Of a stretch of 64,000 nucleotides of DNA, positions 54,456-64,000 are shown piece after piece; the first letter of the stretch is position 1, and every line of letters begins with the position of its first letter. Source of the stretch: the human T2T-CHM13v2.0 reference genome, Homo sapiens; the NCBI RefSeq assembly GCF_009914755.1, contig NC_060929.1. One strand, given 5' to 3'. The notes under the pieces were generated by a model. It saw only the letters and a list, made by a program, of their open reading frames with translations. It did no database searches and was not told the origin of the DNA. The position numbers and the translations under genes were made by a program.

Positions 54456-54836
54456 AAATGTGGCACATATACACCATGGAATACTATGCAGCCATAAAAA
54501 ATGATGAGTTCATGTCCTTTGTAGGGACATGGATGAAATTGGAAACCATCATTCTCAGTAAACTATCGCAAGAACAAAAAACCAAACACCGCATATTCTC
54601 ACTCATAGGTGGGAATTGAACAATGAGATCACATGGACACAGGAAGGGGAATATCACACTCTGGGGACTGTGGTGGGGTGGGGGGAGGGGAGAGGGATAG
54701 CATTGGGAGATATACCTAATGCTAGATGACGAGTTAGTGGGTGCAGCACACCAGCATGGCACATGTATACATATGTAACTAACCTGCACAATGTGCACAT
54801 GTACCCTAAAACTTAAAGTATAATTAAAAAAAAAAA
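54456..54836 (+). mobile_element. Young 5'-truncated L1 (L1PA2-like 3' end)
   Basis: Close to the L1HS/L1PA2 3' end, but with GATGACGAGTTAG (GAG, not the Ta ACA) and ACTTAAAGTATAAT; poly(A) at 54826-54836. Confidence 0.9.
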
Positions 54837-54904
54837 GAAATTTTTCTCCCAAGACAAAAAAAAAAATTTTTTTTTAAAAAACAAATGTTTTAAATATGCA
54901 TGTC

Positions 54905-57040
<2,136 letters not shown>

Positions 57041-57421
57041 TTTGTATTCTACAATTACTATGCCAAGAGTTGAAGGGTCAAAGGAAAAAGTGTGATATAG
57101 AAAGCTACTTCAGGAAGCTATCCAATAGAAAAACTTCTGTGTAATCATAGTATACACTTAAAAGATGTCCATCAAGACCTTTCATGTAATGGTAGAAAAT
57201 TAGAACCCTTGGTATGCAACAAGATGAGAAAATTAGCATCCTAATGTCTTTTTGAAGGGGGATCATTAAATATGTTTGGTAGATTCATACAATGTGATAG
57301 TAGAATGTCATTAAATCAGGTGTAGAGAGGAGAGAGAGTGAACAGGGAGCGGGGCTTTTGTCTGTTGGTCTCCCTGGACTGAAGAGAGGGAGAATAGAAG
57401 CCCAAGACTAAGATTCTCAAA

Positions 57422-57628
57422 ATGGTTTATTACCCAGAACTCTTTGTCTGGGTCAGTCAAGAACCATTTCCAAACAAGGACATGGAGGGAAGGCTTCCTA
57501 AGGGAAGACTTCCTGTCCCAAAGGAAGTGAACCGCAAGAAGAACGATGAGACAAACGCTGCCTCCCTGACTCCACTGGGCAGCAGTGAACTCCGCTCCCC
57601 AAGAATCAGTTACCTCCACTTTTTTTAA
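57422..57628 (+). CDS. NREP: Intact 68-aa P311/NREP ORF within the retrocopy (expression unknown)
   Basis: MVYYPELFVWVSQEPFPNKDMEGRLPKGRLPVPKEVNRKKNDETNAASLTPLGSSELRSPRISYLHFF matches human P311 as I recall it; strong Kozak context AAAATGG. Confidence 0.85.
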   Translation: MVYYPELFVWVSQEPFPNKDMEGRLPKGRLPVPKEVNRKKNDETNAASLTPLGSSELRSPRISYLHFF

Positions 57629-58169
57629 TCGTAACACCTCCATTTGTATTACATATGGTGTATGGGTATTGATGAGGTCATGGTATCATATATGGGATTT
57701 TTTTCTGTGTAAATCATCAAGTATAAGAAGAAACTATGGGACTCTGAGCCTTGCTTTAGAGAATTTACAGTGGACAAATAGGTGTCATCAAACCAGTTTT
57801 TAATCATTCTGACTCAAGTGAAAACGCTCAGAATTTCACACTGTGAATCCACGTTTACAACCCTTACAGGTGGGCCTTCAGGCCTGGTTCGCTACAACAA
57901 TGTCTTCCACAACTCAAACTCCCACCGCGCTCACACAACCGGTCCACTCCTGCCTTTTCACTCACACAGCTCCCGACTGCTTCTTGCAGAGGCTGAGAGT
58001 CCCCCCCCCACCTTTTTTTTCATTTAGATGTAACAAACCTAGTAGTTTATGTTCATCAATTGTCTGTATATCTCTATATTTTATCCATGTACTCTTTTGA
58101 TGTATAGAAGTAGTTTGAAACTCATTGTTTCCTTGTGGTAAGTGACCGAGATGCTGCCACAGGACCTGA

Positions 58170-58189
58170 GACACTGATGAATGGTGCTA
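58170..58189 (+). promoter_or_regulatory. miR-29b extensively complementary (TDMD trigger) site in the NREP 3' UTR copy
   Basis: GACACTGATGAATGGTGCTA pairs with miR-29b-3p UAGCACCAUUUGAAAUCAGUGUU at nt 1-11 (one G:U), leaves a 3-nt miRNA bulge, and pairs nt 15-23 (one G:U). Confidence 0.9.
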
Positions 58190-59241
58190 TTTTGGACTTT
58201 CAACATGCTCCTTGGCGAGGTAGCTCTGATGGAGTTATTTTTTATTTCCATGTTCTAAGAAGGTGTTGGTACTCTGTTTCCCTGAATGTTGTTCTCTAGA
58301 CTGGATTGACTTGTTTTCCTTGTGTCTTCAGTGTGGCTTTCTTCCTCAGTGTTGTAGGTTGAGCGAATGCTACCAGAGTGTGAGAGACCATTGTCTCGTT
58401 GGCTGGCGCTCACGGACATGCAGTCACGGTAGCGGGAGCAATCACAAAACTGTAATTTACTTACCAAATCTCTTCCTTTCCGTAGCCTCGCCTGCCTGAC
58501 TTAGAGAAAGAAAAGCAATAATTTTACAGGCATTTTGAGGTGTCTCTTTGGGTTCTTTCTGTTTGAAAGGATATTTGTCGAAAAAAAGAGCAAAACCGTT
58601 TTAAATAAACTCCCCCTGGAAAAAAACCCAAAACACTGGCATCTGAGTAGGAATATGAAAATGACACCTTTTCCAAATATTAAATTGGAAAACAAGGTCT
58701 ACAAAATCATGATACTTTTTTAAAAGGCAGAGCATTCTTTTTTCGGCAATTTTGATAAGCAAGGTGTAGATTTACATTTTTGTCCTTGCTCCCAACGAAA
58801 TGGATAAACAAAAATAAATTACCATCTACTCATGGAATGTTGTTGTGTTAGCCAGTCTGAAAGCCCACCTTAATTTTTATATAACTGTCTTTAGCTCTTC
58901 TTTTGACAGGGCAGGCCTTGTTCTGAACTGTTTCGCTTCTGACTGTTAAACACCGATGACGCATGCACTGCACTTCTTCGTTTTCTTCTTGCTCCCCCAT
59001 TGGCCTGAGTTTCTTGTGCATTACTCCTCTCCCTCCTTCGTTAGAATAGGTATATCAGCTGTGTAAATAGAGCAAGAAAACAGTATTCTGCATCTGTGGC
59101 ATTTATGTAGAGTTGCAGTTGTGTACTGCTGAAAATGCAGGCTTTTGTAACAGTGTGATCTTTACTGATGCACTCATGACAAGTACCCAATGTATTTTAG
59201 CTATTTTAGTAGTATTTGTTCAATAAATACGCAAGCTGTAA

Positions 59242-59323
<82 letters not shown>

Positions 59324-59616
59324 ATGTCATTAAAAGAAAAGAGGTAGATCTTCAAGAAGACCTTGAGAAAAAACATGCTCTAATGTGAAGAACACATGCT
59401 TCTGAACAATCTCTCTTTCATCGTTGTGTCTCAAGCTTCTGCTGAGATATTCATCTATCCAGTTTATCACTCTCCTTGTGATGACTTTTCCTGAGCTGTT
59501 TGTATTAATTTTGTCCCTAAAAGACGTTTTGTCAATAGTGCTGTTTGCTAAATATGTCCAGTTCTCACTCTTCTGGGTGCACGGTAGGATTTGGCCCTGT
59601 TATTATTACATGAAGC

Positions 59617-60178
59617 TAATACAGAAAGGCTGGGCTCCTGGCTAAACCCCACCCTCAAGCCTGGCACCTCAGCGCTAAGTGAAAACAGCTGACCCTGATA
59701 CAGAGGGGCTGGGCTCCAGGCTAAACTCCACCTTCAAGCCTGGAACCTCAGCCCTAAGTGAAGACAGCTGACTCCATTTTTCCACCCAAATGATTGCCTG
59801 TTTGGTCTGCTACACCCCTATTCTGTGCACATAAAAAGACTTCAGCTGGCAGAGTAACAAAAAGAGGCTGATGCAAGTGATCAGGATACATGCTGCTGAG
59901 CATTGAAGACTATGGATAGACGTGGCTAACTTCAGACAGTGCAGCTTCAGGTAAAGATCACCTTCTTCCCACAGCATCTCCTTTCTAATTCCCCATCCCG
60001 CTGAGAATCACTTTTATTGCCCAGTAAAATCCTCCGCATACACTGCCCTTCAAAGAGTTCATGTGACCTGATTCTTCCTGGAAACCGAATAAGAACTCGG
60101 CTGTCAAAAAGGGCAGGTGCAGGAGGCTGTCACCCTGACCCTTCACTGAGCTGTTAACACTTAGCCATCCATGGACTA
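59617..60178 (+). mobile_element. ERV1 LTR (LTR27/LTR1-like), 3'-truncated, with a tandemly duplicated 79-bp head
   Basis: TGATACAGAGGGGCTGGGCTCCAGGCTAAAC start is present twice (59617, 59696); AGTAAA-type signal near 60024. Confidence 0.7.
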
Positions 60179-61589
60179 AACATTTAGTTGCTGGTGACAC
60201 CCTCAAGAGCTCTTCCTCTCTGCAAAGTAAGTGGCAATGTTCAAGATGGCAGCTACTCCATCAGCTTGGGTCTCTGAGGGATTACAAGGAACAGAGTTCT
60301 ACCACCCACTCATGATGTACATGTAACATGGGTATGAAATACGCTTTTGTTGTTTTAAGCCACTGAAATTTTGGTATTATATTGCAACATAACAGCCTAT
60401 TCTGACTGACAATGTCTATGGTACATTCCATTATGATGTCCATTTATTCCTTTTTTTTTACGAAATCTTCCTCTATTGCCCAGCCTGGAGTACAGTGGTA
60501 TGATCTTGGCTCACAGCAACCTCCACCTCCCGGGTTCAAGTGATTCTCTTGCCTCAGTCTCCCGAGTAGCTGGGATTACAGGCGCCCACCACCATGCCTG
60601 GCTAATTTTTGTATTTTTAATAGAGGCGTCATTTCACCATGTTGGCCAGGCCAGTCTCAAACTCCTAACCTCAGGTGATCTGCCCACCTTGGCCTCTCAA
60701 AGTGTTGGGATTACAGGCATGAACCACCGCACCCGGGCCCATTTATTCCTTTTGCAAGGCCTGTTCAGATTTGCTGGCTCCCTTTATTGGTCTCTTAATT
60801 TCTATGTCTCTTTTGAAGGCATGAGAAAATTCATCTGTCCTTTCATACTACCCTTTATGCCTTCTATAGTCTATAGCTCACATGCATTGGTAGCATGCAA
60901 AATACTGCAAAACTACTGTCTCCCAGGATTCCAAGCATAAAGTAGGGCATAGATGTTATTTATTCCCAAATTCCCAGACTTATCTGGTGTGTATGTGTCT
61001 CTATAATTTCTTCACTTTTGGACTACAGTGGGAGGGACTGAATGCAGTGTTGCTTCCCAGAGATGGGGAATCTAAGGCCTATAAAATTCAAGTGCCTCCC
61101 CCAAGTTATACATCAATAAGTTATGGAACTGGGACTCAAACTCTTCGAAAGCTTCCATATTTCTTGCATCCCTTCAAACTCTTTGCCCTGCCCCAGCACA
61201 GAGAAGTTTTTCTCCTCTCTTTGTGTCAATGAAAAGGTAGCCAAGCAATACACCCCTCCCCAAACACTTGTTTATGTCAGGATCTTTGCTTTTGGAAGGT
61301 TAAAGCTGAACTTTATTTCTCATAGTGTTTCTTCTGTGACCATCCTTCCCTTCAAGAGTAAAGGTTAAGGTCTTGTTTGAACAGAAGAGTAAAAAAGGGG
61401 AAAACATCAACCTTCTGATACAGAGAAACAGAAATAAAATGAAACAGTCCACTGATTAATTCTTCAACATTTTATCTTGCCATAAAATGGACAAATAAAA
61501 TGATTCGTCCTGCTTGGCTGGGTCTTGGCTCTCTTCCTATCTCATTGGTTGTTCCTTCTCAACCTCTTCCAGTCATTCCTCTCCACAAC

Positions 61590-62694
61590 CTCTTCTTGGA
61601 GGGCCTCAGGCTATCTTTGGCTCTCTTATCAATCTCTACTTCTGCTCTAGGGATTCTTGTTCAATCTCATGGCCTTAAAGTACCTTCATATGCCATCAAC
61701 TCCCAAGTTTATATCTCCTGCTCAGGACCTCACCTCTGAAGTCTTCTATTTGGCATCCTCATCTGGCTGTCTAATAGACCTCTCAAACCCAATGTGTACA
61801 AAACAAACTGTTGATCTTCCTCCCATAAACTTGCTACACTTACATATTCCCCAATGTTTCAGTTGCTTAGCTGTAAACATTGGTATCATTCTCGATTTCT
61901 TTCTTTATGCCATACCCTACATTCAAAACATCAACAAATCTTGATGACACTATCTTAAAAACCTATCCAGAATCTGACTACTTCTCACCCCTTCCACTTC
62001 AACCTCCCTGGTCCAAGCTGTTGTCATTTCTTGCTTACGTTATTGCAAAAATCTACCAATTGATCTCTCTGCTTCCAGTCTTGCTTACCCCGAAGAGCCT
62101 ATTCTCAAACAGCAGCTAGAGTTGTCCTGTTGAAACATATAAGTTAGATTGTGTCACATTTCTGCTCAAAATTCCCCATTGATATCCCATCTGACTCAGT
62201 AGAAGCTCAAGTTTTTACAACAGCTTACACGGCCTTACCTAATCCACACTCCTGTTTCCTGGCTGACCTTCTTTCCTTCTCCTCTTCTGTTCTATCATTC
62301 TGCTGTAGACACACAAGCTTCCTCTCTGTTCCTCAAAATGCCAGTCACACCTGGAATGCTCTTCTCTCAGAAATCTGCAAGGCTTACTCCTTCTTTTCTG
62401 CTAAGTCTTTGCTGAAATGAGACCTACCTTGAACTTTCCACTTAAAATTGCAAACCCTTCCCGATTGCCTTCATTACTCCTATCTGTTATTTTCCATAGC
62501 ACTCATCACCATCTAACATACCACATGATTCATTATTATATTTATTGTTTACTATTGGTCTCCCCAGAGTAGAATGTAAGCTCCATGAAAACAGATAATT
62601 TTGTCTTTTTTGTTCATTGTTGTTTCCATAGCACCTAGAATCCTGCCTACACATAGAAGATGGTCAATAATGATTGTAGGGTGATAAATGAATC
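61590..62694 (+). mobile_element. L2 LINE relic
   Basis: Typical L2 3' motifs AGAATGTAAGCTCCATGA, ATAGCACCTAGAA, TCAATAA...AATGAAT. Confidence 0.75.
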
Positions 62695-63161
62695 AAAATT
62701 ATCTAGGCTTGTTCTTCCCTGATACTTTTACTATTATTATTAAAATATTTTCCTTTTTTTTTTTTTTTTTAAATTGAGACAGAGTCTCACTCTGTCATCC
62801 AGGCTGGAATGCAGTAGTGTGATCTTGGCTCTCTGCCTCCCAGGTTCAAGTGAGTCTCCAGCCTCAGACTCTAGAGTAGCTGGAATTATAGGCATCTGCC
62901 ACCACACCTGGCTGATTTTTGTATTTTTAGTAGAAATGGAGTTTTGCCATGTTGGCTAGGCTGGTCTCGAACTCCTGGCTTCAAGCGATCCACCCACTTC
63001 AGCCTCTCAAAGTGCTGGGATTACAGGCATGAGCCACTGCACCCGGCCAGCCTTCCTTCTTTTCTTAATGTTCTCCGCTGGGTTCATTCTATCTGAACTC
63101 TATTAGAACTGGTCTTCCATCCTTAGGAGACTTCTGTTTTCTCATATCCCAATGAGCTAGA

Positions 63162-63318
63162 GCTGTGCTTCTCAAACTTCAATGTACCCACATATTACCC
63201 GCATGTTTGTTAAAACGCAAATTCTGATTCGGTAGGTCTGGGTGAGGCCCGAAATTCTGCATTTCTAACAAGTGACACCATCACTGCTGCTCTGTGGGCC
63301 ACACTTTGAGTAGCAAGG
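63162..63318. mobile_element. MER5A hAT MITE
   Basis: GCTGTGCTTCTCAAACTT...TCTGCATTTCTAACAAG...CACACTTTGAGTAGCAAGG. Confidence 0.8.
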
Positions 63319-64000
63319 AGGAGTCTGTTTAAAATCTGTCTTAGCACTTTTCCTGCTGTTTTCTGGAAGCCTGGCTTGAATAGGGAGGGCTCTCGCCACC
63401 AGCCATATCCATTGCATTAAACGTTGGTATAATTCTCTATTGTCTTTTCCCTCCAATTTTATATTTGACTTATGTTTTTGGTTCTTCTCCCTGTTGCTTC
63501 TCTGGCTGTCAGGAGCTGGGGTTGTGCCACTGAAAAAGGGTTGCACGTGTAATTCATTATGATAATGAAATCTTTCATCATTGTGCAATTAAGAATGGGC
63601 ATGTCTGGTTTTTACTCTGGGACAACAGCATGGAAGGAACTATTTAAATTAGTGAAAAAATATTAACAGTGAAAAATATAAGTAACACAGGGTTGCTGGT
63701 GAGCAAAATCCCATTGTGTGTGGCACATGTGTGTCTGTGCATGTTATGCCTGACAATGACAAATGTAGCAATTGTTCCCAGTGTTGATTTGCTGGCTGTC
63801 ACCCATGCTGATTTCTGTCTGCTAGTGAGGTGGGTGTGGAAGGAGGAGTAATGAGAACCATTATGCTCTTCAAAGATCCCTTTCTCTATAGTGCTGAGAA
63901 AGGTCTTGGAGGCCTGGCAGGGATAGTAGATAAACATAGTAGCTAGGGACCTTGAGTTGATCATCAAAGCTCCCATTAGTGCAAGGGGTGGAACTTTCCT

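Larger units (their letters stand above)
57316..59320 (+). pseudogene. NREP: Recent processed copy (retrocopy) of NREP/P311 (C5orf13) mRNA: 5' UTR, intact ORF, about 1.6 kb 3' UTR, poly(A)
   Basis: Intronless ORF; AATAAA at 59222-59227; 76 uninterrupted A at 59245-59320; perfect TSD AGAATGTCATTAAA at 57302-57315 and 59321-59334. Confidence 0.96.

Noticed and set aside
57422-57628. The parental NREP locus
   Set aside because: No introns, genomic poly(A) and a TSD show it is a retrocopy.
59245-59320. Poly(A) run as a cDNA contamination or assembly artefact
   Set aside because: The exact 14-bp TSD on both sides argues for a real insertion, although the homopolymer length may be imprecise.
63330-64000. 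Non-repetitive end of the window with 107-110 aa ORFs
   Set aside because: No recognisable protein similarity or exon structure.

Overview
Primate (human-like) genomic DNA, apparently intergenic or intronic and very repeat-rich: about 55 Alus, L1/L2 relics, many ERV/MaLR LTRs and DNA-transposon relics. I recognise no spliced protein-coding gene, and nearly all ORFs in the track come from Alus or microsatellites. The informative content is four retrocopies. (1) A very young-looking, near-full-length NREP/P311 processed copy (57316-59320, +) with an intact 68-aa ORF, a 76-nt pure poly(A) tail and a perfect 14-bp TSD; its 3' UTR keeps the extensively paired miR-29b site that triggers target-directed miRNA degradation (TDMD) in NREP. 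(2) An old, decayed MARK2-like kinase retrocopy (about 34156-40197, -) split by several later insertions and preceded by promoter-like motifs. (3) A CDC37 processed pseudogene (36297-37919, -) nested inside the MARK2 copy. (4) A full-length U2 snRNA copy nested in an LTR. There is also a cluster of three same-strand solo LTRs (LTR9-like, HERV-W LTR17, HERV-H LTR7). Family assignments come from my recognition of the sequences, not from database searches. I cannot support a wholly new biological system; the best lead is a possibly polymorphic extra copy of a miR-29b-degrading trigger RNA.
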